From the IMG/VR virus record IMGVR_UViG_3300030104_006994: a stretch of 64,000 nt of DNA; one strand, 5' to 3'. The translations under genes were made by a program, and so were the position numbers. The notes under the pieces are model-generated. The model searched no databases, was not told the DNA's origin, and worked only from the letters and a program-made list of their open reading frames with translations. This DNA is from an uncultured virus (IMG/VR IMGVR_UViG_3300030104_006994) (Duplodnaviria; Heunggongvirae; Uroviricota; Caudoviricetes). Below, piece after piece: positions 1 to 11,175 of this stretch. How positions within the stretch are numbered: the first letter of the stretch is position 1; each line of letters begins with the position of its first letter.

Positions 1-252
1 CTTATCATCTTTAAAAAAATGTTTAGGTATTTTTACGTTAAAATGTAGTTGACTAAGGTCTTCAGCATCTTTGAAATATATAGCAGGCTTTACTCTTAAT
101 TCTTTTTTCAGTCCAGACCAATCACTATCTTCAGGTATAGCTTTAGCGCTGCTATTTTCAGTATATATTGCAGCGTTTCCTTTGCTATCTTCGGTCGCTA
201 CTCCTACTACAATAACTCTACGAACATTTTCTTTTTTTGAATATCCAGCCAT
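1..252 (-). CDS. Hypothetical protein, likely tail-associated (partial, runs off the window start)
   Basis: ATG at 252, 1 nt after the stop of the upstream gene. The frame MAGYSKKENVRRVIVVGVATEDSKG... is open to position 1. Not in the ORF track because it is truncated. Confidence 0.7.
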   Translation of the reverse strand, partial: MAGYSKKENVRRVIVVGVATEDSKGNAAIYTENSSAKAIPEDSDWSGLKKELRVKPAIYFKDAEDLSQLHFNVKIPKHFFKDDK

Positions 253-253
253 A

Positions 254-1984
254 TCAAAGTTTAGGTACTAAAGGGACTGCATATCCCGTTTCCATCACTG
301 TTCCAGTAACCCTATGTTTAACTCCATAGCCATCAGCGCCACTGAATACTAAATTATACACCATGGGGTCAGTATCAACATAATTTTTTGCTTTAATCAC
401 AGCCCCAAGAAATATATCTTCTGTCCCTTTATATCTCCTTAAGGGTGTCTGGCTTATCCCTGTTGCTGTATGCTCCAAATATGTAGATGTATCTTGTCCA
501 TATTCTCCAGTGAAAAGCTGCCAATCTGAAGCGGGTTTTTTATAAGAAAATACCTTAGCTATTCCGCTTGGTTTTTCTGTGACCGTATCGTCTGAATTGG
601 TGTCGAAAATAGTTACTATATCAGAAACATTATTATATTGGGTCATTACATGCCCGTCTTGCATCTTCTCTATATCAAAAACAGAAGCTCCTACTGCTTG
701 ATCTGTCCCCACATATAAGTTCGTTCTAATCGAGTCTATACTAGCTTCAGTTATCATTGAGCTATAATCATCTGAATTACTTATTAAGCCAGAAGCTCTT
801 TCCGATGTTTCCGATCCAAAAGTGGCTCCGTTTACATTTTCAGGATTAGAGCTTCCTATATCTCCAACTCTGAACGTTACTTTTCTTACGGAATCTAAAT
901 CCGGACTATAACCTAAACCATTTCCGCTTAATTCAACTCCCGTTATGAAAGAATAGTTTTTATTATGGTCTCCTTCTACGTGCTCTAGATATATTTTATA
1001 AGGTATCCCTTGCGTTAAATCGTCTCCCTCTGCTAAGTCAACAGAGTAAGCTACAGCAAACTCTCCGCTAACAGGTTCCCCATTACTTGAAGAAAGAGAA
1101 TTAGTTGTATTTTGACCACTTTGTAACGGATAGCCATCTCCTAGTATATTTACTTTTACCCCACTAGTATTATCATTTGCTCCCCCAAGCACTAAAGCTT
1201 TGCGACTTATATTTCCAAATGTTGTATAAAAATCTATTTCTATAGGGTAAGATCCGTCTGTTAAATCTACATTAGCTTTTAAACTTAAGTCTTTTATATT
1301 GCTTCCGTTTCCTACGTTCCCCACTACTCCGCTCAAAGTTTTTAAGTAGCTCTCCCTGTTATCAAACTCAAAAAATTCAGAACCTAAAGTCACTTCTCCA
1401 GATACAACGTCTCCTTTTATATCAAGATTATGATTAAAAGTTATCGCATTAGAAAAAGTTAAATAATCTCCAGCTTTTGAAGTCCCAGCATAAACGTTAC
1501 TACTATCGCCAACGTTACCATTACCTACGCTTCCTGCTGACCCTATACTATCGGAGCTTATGTTCGCACCGAAAGTCATATTTCTTGCTAAATCTATAGT
1601 GCCTGTTGCTCCGTAAAAATTTAAATCATTTAGCTCTATTTCGCAGCCTTCTGTTTCAAAAAATATTTTGTCAATAGTATAGCTATTTTTAGTCCCTAAG
1701 GATGATATTAAATTATCGTCTATAAAATAATCATACGTAGTAGGTAAAAAAGTGCCTTTTAAATTAATGGGCGTGTTTCTTTGATAAGAGTATACATTGT
1801 TTCCATTAGGGTCAAAAACTCTACCACTCTTGAAGTTAAAGAGGGTTGATTTGGGGGTAGCGCCAGCTAAGCCAGATATACCAAAAGAAGCTTCTCCGGT
1901 AACCTCGGTCAGCTCCATGTCTAATTCAAAAGCTAGCCTTTCGTCACTATATATTCTCCTTATATTTCTTCCTGATAGTCTCAT
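254..1984 (-). CDS. Putative tail tip/baseplate structural protein
   Basis: 576 aa ORF, beta-rich and G/S/T/N-rich. TAATG stop/start overlap with the upstream gene. Lies downstream of the tape measure gene. Confidence 0.55.
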   Translation of the reverse strand: MRLSGRNIRRIYSDERLAFELDMELTEVTGEASFGISGLAGATPKSTLFNFKSGRVFDPNGNNVYSYQRNTPINLKGTFLPTTYDYFIDDNLISSLGTKNSYTIDKIFFETEGCEIELNDLNFYGATGTIDLARNMTFGANISSDSIGSAGSVGNGNVGDSSNVYAGTSKAGDYLTFSNAITFNHNLDIKGDVVSGEVTLGSEFFEFDNRESYLKTLSGVVGNVGNGSNIKDLSLKANVDLTDGSYPIEIDFYTTFGNISRKALVLGGANDNTSGVKVNILGDGYPLQSGQNTTNSLSSSNGEPVSGEFAVAYSVDLAEGDDLTQGIPYKIYLEHVEGDHNKNYSFITGVELSGNGLGYSPDLDSVRKVTFRVGDIGSSNPENVNGATFGSETSERASGLISNSDDYSSMITEASIDSIRTNLYVGTDQAVGASVFDIEKMQDGHVMTQYNNVSDIVTIFDTNSDDTVTEKPSGIAKVFSYKKPASDWQLFTGEYGQDTSTYLEHTATGISQTPLRRYKGTEDIFLGAVIKAKNYVDTDPMVYNLVFSGADGYGVKHRVTGTVMETGYAVPLVPKL

Positions 1985-4900
1985 TATACCGACCTTAATG
2001 TTGAAAATTTAGCTCCGACTTCTTTAGCCACAGGCCCAACTTTTCTATATATTTGTTCTAGTTGAACATCTGCAGAAGCCCTATTACTTAAGTTGACATT
2101 TATACTAAAGCCTCCTTCACTCATAGATATAGATAAAGACTCTAATCCATTTTCTGGTTTTAAATAACTTATTAATGTATTAAGGCCTCCTACGCTATCG
2201 ACGTATATAGTAAAAGTATAGCTCTTTCTTGGTTCTTCTACCTGCAAGTCAGCGACGTTACCTTTTAGTCTTTGGTGATAAGCATCGGCTGACATGTTCT
2301 GCAGTTCTGTATAAGTAGTATCTCCTTCTTGCCCTTGTATATTATCAACATCTGCGATAATATTTGTAGGGACTTCGCCTTCTAATATTTTTTGTTTATT
2401 ATCTTCATTTATAACGCTTGTTATATCTTGCGTTATATCTTTAACTTGATACTTAACAGCAGAAGATCTCTTGTTAATCGGAACTCTTGCTCCATTTATT
2501 GGGTCAAATACTTTTCGCACCCCAAGGTCAGTTATGGTGCTTTCTCTATTATATACTAACATACCATTGTGAGCGTTTTCACTTGGGTATATTATATCGA
2601 CTTTATCACTGCCGGAGAGGCCTACTTTTACATCTGAATATAATTTCTGAGTAGCTATCGCCTCCCCTTTATCAAAACTACCTATCTTAGCGGAGCTAAA
2701 AGCTTCTACGCCAACATCTCTATTTACTCTTCTTAATGTTATGCAGTCTGCGTATATTCCTTCTTTTGCGTTATGACCTTTTCTATTATCTGTTTGTAAC
2801 TCTAAATCGTAAAGTGAGTCCGCTATAGCCTGAGCTTCTCCGCAAGTTTTATCAGACTGACCAAACAATTTCGAAGAGCACAGTTCTTCAACAAAATCTC
2901 TTTCGCAAGTGGTTTTAAGTTCAGCCGCCATATCCGACATTGCGTTAGTGTGCCTATCACAAAGACTTCTTAACGCGTTTATTTCTTCTATAGGGTTTCT
3001 TACTCCACCAACTGTTTGGTTTATCTTTCTTCCAGATCTGTCGTAGTCGACAACGTCTCCTTTGAAATTGTAGCCTATTAAAATGTCTCCTATCTTGTGA
3101 AGGCTGACAGTCCCAGCTGGATCATCCCCTTTTACTAAAACTATAACAAACTTTTTATCTGTCGCCTCTCCTTCTAGTATCATATGATGAAGCTTAGGAG
3201 GCATAATAGCAGATACGGTTGAAAGCATTGGGGGTTCAGAATGGAAAGGCACATACTCTTTCATTAGGGGGCTCTTTACCCTTTCTTTTACATCATCTTT
3301 AAAATGAGTAACCCCAGAATTATTATCAGTATCAAAAAAAGGCCTAGCAGATAGCTTGTATGGATTAAGTAAAGACTCGACATCTTCTTGGAAAGTTGCC
3401 CAAGGAGCCTCTCTTTCAAAATGATAAAAACCTCTTTTAAATGCATCTTTATATAGACTCTTGTCTGTCTTTTTCTGGTTGCATTCGTCTAAGGCATCAA
3501 ACTGCATTTGATTAAGTTCGTCATACAATTTATTTCTGTATACTTCGTCGGTTTCTAAAGCTTTGTTTAACCTCAGGTCTTGTATTTTTTTTGCAAACTT
3601 TGCTAAAGGAGTTTTGTAATGCTGGTTTAAAGAGTAGTATTGAGAGCTAGGCTTCGTTTCTGTTGTTTCTTGAATTTTGCTACTTCCAGTAAAGTCTAAA
3701 GATTCTGATCTAGGAGCTCCATACAGGTAGTGCCTACCTAAAAAACTATCAGCTATCTCAGATTCTATAGAAGTGCTTAAATTTTTTAAAGACTCGTCAT
3801 AAACACCTATGAACATTTTATAACCGTCCATTGCCGATATTGCTTGCTCTGTAGTTCCATTAGATGGGGAATGCGAACCTATTAATTGAGTAAGGTTAGC
3901 AGTATCCATTATATGTCTAGTTTGAGTCCTAGACAAATCTTTTCCGTAGTTAACAGCTATTACATCATCAAAACCTATAGCCCTGTAATAACCCCTAGCG
4001 GCATCAAGTCCAGAATCCATATGGGTTATGATAGCTTTTCTTGCATTCCAAGCGTCCCTTAAGTCTGGCGCATACTTGCCTAAAGCGCAACTAGTCTTTA
4101 TATCTCTAGGAGTTCTCCCTAAAGATATACCTGAAGCTATGATAGAATCTATTGTCTGACAATCAAAGTATATTTTACTTGTCTTTCTTTTTGATTCAGT
4201 TTTAGCGCGAGGACCTACATTAAATGTAGAAGAAAAAGCTTGAGTGAATGTTCCGTCTAATGTGACATTCTCGTTCTTGGAGTTAATTACTATATCGCTA
4301 AGATTAGAGCTAGAAGTCCCGCCCTCTTGGCCTTTATCTAAAGCTGTTATCGCGCTTGCGGTCTCATCAACCTTCACATCCACTGATCTATCTGCATTAC
4401 TTATAATAACTAGAGTAGGAAAGTCTTTAGTAAAATCCCAATAATAAGATATACTCAAATCGTTACCCCAGTTTTGTAAGACATCTTTTACTGTTCCACT
4501 ATAAGTCCTTAATAGTAAGTTCGAATCTTTTGTTTTTATATATCTACTTGAATCTACAGTTATCCCAAATCCATTTTTAACATCTGACAAGGCTGATAAA
4601 AAATCTTCAAATCCATAGCTAACATCTCTTATGTCGCATTCCACTTCACTAAACTCCTCTCTGCCTAAAACCATGTAGCCACCCTCCCAAATATTATTTC
4701 TGTTCTGAGGGTAAACCATATAAGGTCTTCCTGCAACGCCAGTAGGCGAGGCTAGTTTTTTCATAACTTTAACATCTTTATGCAGAGTAGTGCCATCCTG
4801 ACTACAGACAGGTCCGGTATTAGTTTGTTCTATTTGAGGACAAAACACATCAAACTTAACTAAGTTAGGTACTAGATGTTTTTCTTTATTGACTTGAAAG

Positions 4901-5265
4901 TGTTCATGAATCAAACCTACAAAAATTCTATCTAAAAGAACAGATCCGTCACTATATGTTAAATTTAAAACTTTATTATCTACTCCTGTATTTATTGAAT
5001 AGGAAGTTAGAAACATATTTCTGAACATTTCACTATCTGCTATATTTATATTTACTGGAGATGTTAAGTCTAAGTCGTTTTTAGTTATTAGAAAGTTTCT
5101 TGATTTGGACAGCTTTGTATCTAATACGGCATTTATATTTAATTTTGTTGACTCTGCGTTGTAACCAACAGAGACGTCAGAAGAGTATATAACGCCACCG
5201 TAAGCCATACCTGCTTTTTGGTTGCTTATGTTAATTGTTGGTACCTTTGCTCTATCCTTTGCCAT
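1984..5265 (-). CDS. Putative baseplate hub / tail tip protein
   Basis: 1093 aa. Fourth gene after the tape measure. Segments such as YSGTVKDVLQNWGNDLSISYYWD and a C-terminal GLESLSISMSEGGFSINVNLSN resemble hub proteins. Preceded by the AGTGTAAT motif. Confidence 0.5.
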   Translation of the reverse strand: MAKDRAKVPTINISNQKAGMAYGGVIYSSDVSVGYNAESTKLNINAVLDTKLSKSRNFLITKNDLDLTSPVNINIADSEMFRNMFLTSYSINTGVDNKVLNLTYSDGSVLLDRIFVGLIHEHFQVNKEKHLVPNLVKFDVFCPQIEQTNTGPVCSQDGTTLHKDVKVMKKLASPTGVAGRPYMVYPQNRNNIWEGGYMVLGREEFSEVECDIRDVSYGFEDFLSALSDVKNGFGITVDSSRYIKTKDSNLLLRTYSGTVKDVLQNWGNDLSISYYWDFTKDFPTLVIISNADRSVDVKVDETASAITALDKGQEGGTSSSNLSDIVINSKNENVTLDGTFTQAFSSTFNVGPRAKTESKRKTSKIYFDCQTIDSIIASGISLGRTPRDIKTSCALGKYAPDLRDAWNARKAIITHMDSGLDAARGYYRAIGFDDVIAVNYGKDLSRTQTRHIMDTANLTQLIGSHSPSNGTTEQAISAMDGYKMFIGVYDESLKNLSTSIESEIADSFLGRHYLYGAPRSESLDFTGSSKIQETTETKPSSQYYSLNQHYKTPLAKFAKKIQDLRLNKALETDEVYRNKLYDELNQMQFDALDECNQKKTDKSLYKDAFKRGFYHFEREAPWATFQEDVESLLNPYKLSARPFFDTDNNSGVTHFKDDVKERVKSPLMKEYVPFHSEPPMLSTVSAIMPPKLHHMILEGEATDKKFVIVLVKGDDPAGTVSLHKIGDILIGYNFKGDVVDYDRSGRKINQTVGGVRNPIEEINALRSLCDRHTNAMSDMAAELKTTCERDFVEELCSSKLFGQSDKTCGEAQAIADSLYDLELQTDNRKGHNAKEGIYADCITLRRVNRDVGVEAFSSAKIGSFDKGEAIATQKLYSDVKVGLSGSDKVDIIYPSENAHNGMLVYNRESTITDLGVRKVFDPINGARVPINKRSSAVKYQVKDITQDITSVINEDNKQKILEGEVPTNIIADVDNIQGQEGDTTYTELQNMSADAYHQRLKGNVADLQVEEPRKSYTFTIYVDSVGGLNTLISYLKPENGLESLSISMSEGGFSINVNLSNRASADVQLEQIYRKVGPVAKEVGAKFSTLRSV

Positions 5266-5279
5266 AATCCTTATTAATA

Positions 5280-5287
5280 ATTACACT
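5280..5287 (-). promoter_or_regulatory. AGTGTAAT putative late promoter
   Basis: Exact motif overlapping the stop of the upstream gene, 14 nt before ATG 5265. Confidence 0.6.
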
Positions 5288-7545
5288 TTCTCAAATAAAT
5301 TTTGTTTTTGATCTGAACTGTTTAAAGAAAATATTTTAGTATTATTATTTTCTGCCTCACTAGAAATATTAACGTCTATTGAGTTTGTTTGAGTTTCTAA
5401 CACAAAAGAGTTATTTTTTTGACTTGGGCTTTCTGCACTAGATATTAAACTATTATCTGGTATTTTAAAATAATGAACACCGGGGATCATTCTTCTTCCA
5501 TTCCTCCACACTTGCTCAAAAAATATGTTGTCTACAGTAATTTCATTTAACTCTGAACCAGCCCCCACTATTCCCGTTGCTCTTGTATAATAAGTAGAAG
5601 CAGGAGGCACAAAAACTAATTTAGACCCCGGAGGGATAACTAAAGACTCTTCGTGCGCTTCGCTCTGTAAGACCTCTCCGTTAAGGCCTCTCATTATAAG
5701 AGTATCTTCATAGTTTGTATTGTAATAAAAATGAACTCCTGAAATTAGCTTTTGGCCATTGTAATAAACATCTTTACCGAAATAATTTTCTCCTTGAAAT
5801 TGTTGGTCTCCGCCTGTAAACTCTCCAGTTATAGCGGCTCCTGAAGCTAGATCAAAAATTAAACTATCTTCTTTTGCGTCCCAAGTCGCCTCTTTGCTAT
5901 TCAAAGCTATAAAATATCTATCGTTTTTAATTCTATTAGGTACAAACTTGTCGCCATCTACCCCAGCTGAAGCATCATGAATAAAATAGTCTCCGTCATA
6001 TGCACTAGTCACATCAGCTTTTTTCTGTATGTTGTACAAATAAAATATAGAATCAACAGTATAAAGTCCAGAAACTTCTTGCTGATATAAACCATTTCTA
6101 AACAACTGTAAATACGGCTGTAGCGTACCCGGTCTGTATGTAAAATTATTACTCTGTATTTTTGCAAAAAACTTTTCCCCTGCTCTAGGGTTATCTATAA
6201 AAGTATTAGCTGGCTCAAACACTCCGAAACTTTGAAGGTTAAGTTCTCCACCTAAAGTGTCTGCTTTCGTGGCTACGGTATTTATAAAGCTATCATGGCT
6301 ATATATTTCATATATTTCGCCCTCCTCTAAAGGGTCTACAAATTTAATTTTTCCAGCAACTCTCTCTATACTATTTACATAAGAATTTTTTTCTGTTATC
6401 TTTTCCGGTGCGTACTTACCTGTTATAGACTTAACATCCACATCGCTAGTAAGGTCCACAAGGACGTCCTGAAACACATTACCCATAACAGGAACATTCC
6501 CGTATAAAGGTACAGTTTGCCCAGCTTGATTTACATAACTACCAGTCTGTTCCATGTTATAGGATACTATACCTTGGCCAGATAGAACGTTTTGAACCTC
6601 AACACCAGTTACTTCTTTGTGAGTTGACTCTCCGGTTTCTAGTGTCTCTGGAGTGTAAGAATCAGACCAAAAACTTTGAGCTATTGTATTTCTAGAAGTT
6701 TCTGGTATATAATCATTGAAAAGTAAGAATGTATTTATGTGGCCTGAAAAGCCAGTATAATAACTATCATATATTTCATTGTTTGTTACGAACTGAGGGG
6801 ACATACCTCCCAACAACAACTCATTAGATCCTGAATACTCAGGAGTCAAAGTTTTTAAACTCTCTGTCTCCTCATTGGGTTTGTGTAAAGAAAATTCTAC
6901 TCCATTCTTACTTTTAGATAAAGATACTATATTTAAATTTTTTAAATGGTTAGTTAAAGATTGAGTCTCTCTTTGGAATCTTGGCGAGACGTTTAGCTGC
7001 CTCTCTGTTCCTTCTTCATCAAAATAATTATTTTCTCCCCCACTTATATACTCATAATAAAGTCTATTACTTCCATTTATACCAAAATTAAAACCAGAAA
7101 GAGAATTTTCAGAAAGCATAGTAGAAAGCATAACTTGGTTTAACCCAAGGGTATCGCTATCTATATCATAACCAGAAAAATCAAAAAAGCAAGTCCAAGA
7201 ATCACCTAGCTGCGCATTAGCCACCCTTAAGGAACAAGATCCATCAAAAAGGCCACTGCCCGTTATAGTAGTAGAAGAACTAGCGATAACAGCAGGATAT
7301 CCCTCTGTAGATATTAGCGGGTTGCTTTCTGAGTCAGGTACAAGTTGGGATCCAGTTGGAAGTAATTGATTATAAACAACATATGTATCTTTTGTATTTG
7401 TAGCTCCGCTAGTTAACTTGTAAAAAGCATCTCTATCTACTGGGTTAGCGGTATCAACGCTCCCGCTTAAATTATAAAAAGCCTTAAGATTGCCTGTTTC
7501 CACGCCAGCTTTGTCTACAAAATCTAAAAGTACAGACTTTATCAT
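5281..7545 (-). CDS. Tail protein with LamG/concanavalin A-like domain
   Basis: 754 aa. LamG-like pattern (LKAFYNL...WTCFFDF...FNFGING...LLLGG...FSGHINTFLLFN). The C-terminal part has repeated VxxNGxxx(I)xGxHF beta modules. Confidence 0.6.
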   Translation of the reverse strand: MIKSVLLDFVDKAGVETGNLKAFYNLSGSVDTANPVDRDAFYKLTSGATNTKDTYVVYNQLLPTGSQLVPDSESNPLISTEGYPAVIASSSTTITGSGLFDGSCSLRVANAQLGDSWTCFFDFSGYDIDSDTLGLNQVMLSTMLSENSLSGFNFGINGSNRLYYEYISGGENNYFDEEGTERQLNVSPRFQRETQSLTNHLKNLNIVSLSKSKNGVEFSLHKPNEETESLKTLTPEYSGSNELLLGGMSPQFVTNNEIYDSYYTGFSGHINTFLLFNDYIPETSRNTIAQSFWSDSYTPETLETGESTHKEVTGVEVQNVLSGQGIVSYNMEQTGSYVNQAGQTVPLYGNVPVMGNVFQDVLVDLTSDVDVKSITGKYAPEKITEKNSYVNSIERVAGKIKFVDPLEEGEIYEIYSHDSFINTVATKADTLGGELNLQSFGVFEPANTFIDNPRAGEKFFAKIQSNNFTYRPGTLQPYLQLFRNGLYQQEVSGLYTVDSIFYLYNIQKKADVTSAYDGDYFIHDASAGVDGDKFVPNRIKNDRYFIALNSKEATWDAKEDSLIFDLASGAAITGEFTGGDQQFQGENYFGKDVYYNGQKLISGVHFYYNTNYEDTLIMRGLNGEVLQSEAHEESLVIPPGSKLVFVPPASTYYTRATGIVGAGSELNEITVDNIFFEQVWRNGRRMIPGVHYFKIPDNSLISSAESPSQKNNSFVLETQTNSIDVNISSEAENNNTKIFSLNSSDQKQNLFEKV

Positions 7546-7546
7546 C

Positions 7547-9331
7547 TTAAGTTAATTTCCTCTCTAACCTTACGCTCTCTGGGGTTTTTTCGTGCGTAAA
7601 AGTTCTGTTATAAGTTATAGCTCCTAAGTCTTTGTTTTCTACTTTATTTTCTGAAGCTAGCCTAGCGACCTCCCCGTCAAGGAAAGAGTCTTTCAAGAAG
7701 CTGCTTACAGAGTTCACTTCGGAGACAGAAACGTCAAAGTTAGAAGAATCCTTCTTAAAAGCAGATCCTTGAACATTGACGGACAAGCTTTCTCTTTTGC
7801 TCTGTAGATCAAGATCATAAATCAAGTAATGTCCGTCTTCTTGGCAAGATGGTATCGGCCTGTATTGTTGAGTGGCAGGTTGCACATCGACAGAGTAGCT
7901 TAAAGAAGAAAGGTTTGAATTTTCAGGAAAGTCTGCATCAGAAAACGAGGCCGAATAAGTAATTGTGCCATCAAATGTATTTTGATTAACTTGTAAATTA
8001 GAAGGCTTAGGAGAAAGAACGTAATTGGTTCTCTCTGGAAACATAGTTCGATATATATCCTGAGCTTCGTCCCTTATAGCACTTGAGTCATTCGCTAGTA
8101 TTTCATCGTTGAGTAAACTTTTTGCTGCAGAATTTTTTTTGTGAAGCGCGGCTCTGGTTCTTATTGTCCCATTGCAGTTAATAGTTACTATATCTGTTAC
8201 GTTATCGTGCTGAAATGATATATTGTAATCAAAATATGCTCCATCACTATTTTTTATTTTAGCTCTTGAATATAAATCATTATTATCGAAACTTAAATTA
8301 AAAGATATAGTTCTTGCTTCTTCATTTGGGTTTATACTAAATGTTATTGGAGACTTGTTTAATTCTAAATTATTGCCAGTTCTTTGTATATAGTTTTGAT
8401 ATGCTTTATTAGCTAAGTCATAAAAGTCTCTAGATTTAAAATCTGTTTTAATTTGATCCCAAGTTACTGTTGTATCCTTTGTTCCTGCAACGTTTCCGGA
8501 TAATCCAACTGTTACAAAGTCTCCCCCTTGCTGCTCGTCTATACTTAACGTATAAGTCAAAAGTATATTAGCAGTCTGCATTAAAGGTAGGTTATTTTCT
8601 GATCCAGCCTCTGTTTGAGATTCATTAGTAGCAAAAGAATAATTTTCTGTTATTCCGTAACTACCTGAAAATCTGTCCACTTGCTCACTTATGCTATTTA
8701 GTATTAAACCAGAGTCAGGATGAACATTCCTTATTAAGAACGGAGCTATTTTTCCTGATGTGCCTTTTTTAGACTCGACAAATGCTTTAGCCTTTAAAAA
8801 TGCATCGTATTTGTTTGATGTAGCGTTGTATCCTTGAGCAGATATGGTGTGAGTCAGAGAAGCTGTTCCGTCTGATTCTGAATAAGCCCAAGTATCAACA
8901 GGGTTAATCACTCCATAGTTAGCAGCAACGAAACTATTACTATCATCATAACCCGTAAGAGTTATAGTATAGCTGACTAGGCCTCTGTAGTTAGAAGACC
9001 CAAAGCTTAAGCTAGAAACAGAGCAATTTTTCAGAGTAAAGTCTGTTCCGTGACCGGAGACATTTAAAGTTTGAAAATTTTTACCTAGAGCCCCGGCAAA
9101 TGCAGTAGCAATTTCGTTTCTTTTGTCTTTTAAGTCTCCATAGGTATTACCTCCGCTAACCGCATCTCTGTCCGGAAGTATAGCTACTTGGCCAGTTAAA
9201 GTCACTTCAACCGTAGTAACCCATAAATCTCCACCTACTCGCTCGTTATTGTATGTCCTAGAGACATATGGAGAGGGAACCGGAAAAGTAAAATCCCCGT
9301 ATTTAACTTTTATGTCTTGTTGGTAGGCCAT
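7547..9331 (-). CDS. Putative distal tail / tail-tip structural protein with internal repeats
   Basis: 594 aa with recurring G(T/A)ITYxxxF-type beta motifs. Second gene after the tape measure. Appears paralogous to 9333..11174. Confidence 0.5.
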   Translation of the reverse strand: MAYQQDIKVKYGDFTFPVPSPYVSRTYNNERVGGDLWVTTVEVTLTGQVAILPDRDAVSGGNTYGDLKDKRNEIATAFAGALGKNFQTLNVSGHGTDFTLKNCSVSSLSFGSSNYRGLVSYTITLTGYDDSNSFVAANYGVINPVDTWAYSESDGTASLTHTISAQGYNATSNKYDAFLKAKAFVESKKGTSGKIAPFLIRNVHPDSGLILNSISEQVDRFSGSYGITENYSFATNESQTEAGSENNLPLMQTANILLTYTLSIDEQQGGDFVTVGLSGNVAGTKDTTVTWDQIKTDFKSRDFYDLANKAYQNYIQRTGNNLELNKSPITFSINPNEEARTISFNLSFDNNDLYSRAKIKNSDGAYFDYNISFQHDNVTDIVTINCNGTIRTRAALHKKNSAAKSLLNDEILANDSSAIRDEAQDIYRTMFPERTNYVLSPKPSNLQVNQNTFDGTITYSASFSDADFPENSNLSSLSYSVDVQPATQQYRPIPSCQEDGHYLIYDLDLQSKRESLSVNVQGSAFKKDSSNFDVSVSEVNSVSSFLKDSFLDGEVARLASENKVENKDLGAITYNRTFTHEKTPESVRLERKLT

Positions 9332-9332
9332 A

Positions 9333-11174
9333 TTAATATTCTAGTATTTCTGCAGCTACTCCCCTTCTATCCACGAACGCCATTTCAGCTGATGAATTAA
9401 AACTGTACTGAGAGTCAAAATTATAGCCCATTGATTCTAAGAAAAATGAAAGCTGGTTGCTAACATTTTGTTTAGCGTTAATAAAGGCGGACTTCTCTAT
9501 TTCTGTTTTTATGCTACTGAATACACTAGCAGATGAAGTTTTTAAATAGTCAGTATGAGCTTTGTTTATTAGATTTGAGTTTGGGTTTCTTTTAAAAACA
9601 CATTCAAAGCTTAAAGACTTTTTACCTAAAGATGTTTGATTAGAGTCGTAGTTTGTTTCTTTATTATTAGGTGCTATTACATTAGAAGTAATCTTAGTTG
9701 GCGCATTATATGAGTCTGTCTTCTTCAGTTTTCTAACATAAGTTTCGTTCTTTAGAGATTTATCATCAGAATAAACAAAACTGTAACTTATATTTAAACC
9801 ATAGGCAGGAAAAGATACGCTAGACGATATTAAGTTTTTTGGGTACTCTAAAGTCACAGCGTCAGAGTCTTTCAAAGAGTTATGCAAAACATTTACCCTA
9901 GACAATACATCTGCGCTAGATGTAAATCTGTCGTAAAGAACCTTTGCATTAAAGTCTGAATTTTTATTTTCATCATAAGGTATTATATTACCTGACTCGG
10001 TAATTTGTATATAACCTTCTTGATCTCTTGAAGCAGACAAGGTATGATCAAATATTGCCTCTTCGTGCATTCTTGGATTATTTGTATAAACTATATTGTA
10101 AGTTATAACCCCTGCTACCCTATTTAAATTCTTGCCAAAAGAAACAAATTTCTTTTTTAAATCATCTGAAAGATTCCAAGCCTCGGAGCCCTCAATCCAG
10201 TCAGGTTTATCTTTTATCATACTATCCATTAAAGCTTGACACCTATCATAAGAACCCGATTCTAAAGTAGTAAAACCTGAGTAAGCGTTGCTGTATAAGT
10301 CCTCTGTTGTCTCTGAATTTTCTAAGCCTATCCTACCTTGTATTGTAGCGTTCTCTGTTATATTTATAATTCCATTTCCATCTCTCTGTATTGCATAATC
10401 TAGCCCAGCTGACCATTTCTCGCTTTTTTGATTTGATTTGTGAGCCCCGCTCCTAGTGCTTACAGACCTACTAAAAGAATAGTTATTAGTTATTGAATCA
10501 TACGATTCAGAAAATCTACCTCTTGCTTTTATAGCTTGGATGAAATTATCATATCTATTGTCTAGGTAGCCAAGCTTTGGAGGGCTGCTAAGAAAAACGT
10601 CTCTGACTAGATTCTTGGCTTGTTGCACTAAATCTGCAGGAGTGTGGGAGGTTTGCTCTAAAACAAAATTTATATTTTGCTGAAAGCTGAACTCTCCACT
10701 TTCGCTCAATGAAAAATTATAGTTCTCAGAAAACGATTCAAAATACTGAACATAATCAAATGCTTGTAGGTTTGTATATATATCTGCATCAGCTGCTGTT
10801 AGACTTGATTTGTTATCGAAAGTTTCATTATATTCTAGAGTCATATTAACTCTAAGCAAATCTATTTTATTATTTTGTGTGTCAGTAGAAAAAGAATAAG
10901 ATAATATTTTTACATTATTAATAGTTTCTGACTTATCTCCATTCCCTAAAGTAATAGACTCTGCAAATCCGTTATCTAATATTTCTTGTATATGACTATT
11001 TTGTTTAGTATTTATTGAAGAAAATTTTGTAGCTTCGCTTTGCCCATCAGTTGGCCTTATGAAAGCAGTAAGGTTTAAGTTTATCGTACGACCAAACTGA
11101 TACATGCCGACCATGTTAAGAGTATGATTGTAGTCAAGAACTTCAGTATTAGTTAAATCTATAGTAGAGGCCAT
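9333..11174 (-). CDS. Putative distal tail structural protein with internal repeats
   Basis: 613 aa, directly after the tape measure (Dit position). Recurring GVITYNIVY / NISYSFVY motifs like those of its neighbour. Confidence 0.5.
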   Translation of the reverse strand: MASTIDLTNTEVLDYNHTLNMVGMYQFGRTINLNLTAFIRPTDGQSEATKFSSINTKQNSHIQEILDNGFAESITLGNGDKSETINNVKILSYSFSTDTQNNKIDLLRVNMTLEYNETFDNKSSLTAADADIYTNLQAFDYVQYFESFSENYNFSLSESGEFSFQQNINFVLEQTSHTPADLVQQAKNLVRDVFLSSPPKLGYLDNRYDNFIQAIKARGRFSESYDSITNNYSFSRSVSTRSGAHKSNQKSEKWSAGLDYAIQRDGNGIINITENATIQGRIGLENSETTEDLYSNAYSGFTTLESGSYDRCQALMDSMIKDKPDWIEGSEAWNLSDDLKKKFVSFGKNLNRVAGVITYNIVYTNNPRMHEEAIFDHTLSASRDQEGYIQITESGNIIPYDENKNSDFNAKVLYDRFTSSADVLSRVNVLHNSLKDSDAVTLEYPKNLISSSVSFPAYGLNISYSFVYSDDKSLKNETYVRKLKKTDSYNAPTKITSNVIAPNNKETNYDSNQTSLGKKSLSFECVFKRNPNSNLINKAHTDYLKTSSASVFSSIKTEIEKSAFINAKQNVSNQLSFFLESMGYNFDSQYSFNSSAEMAFVDRRGVAAEILEY

Positions 11175-11175
11175 A

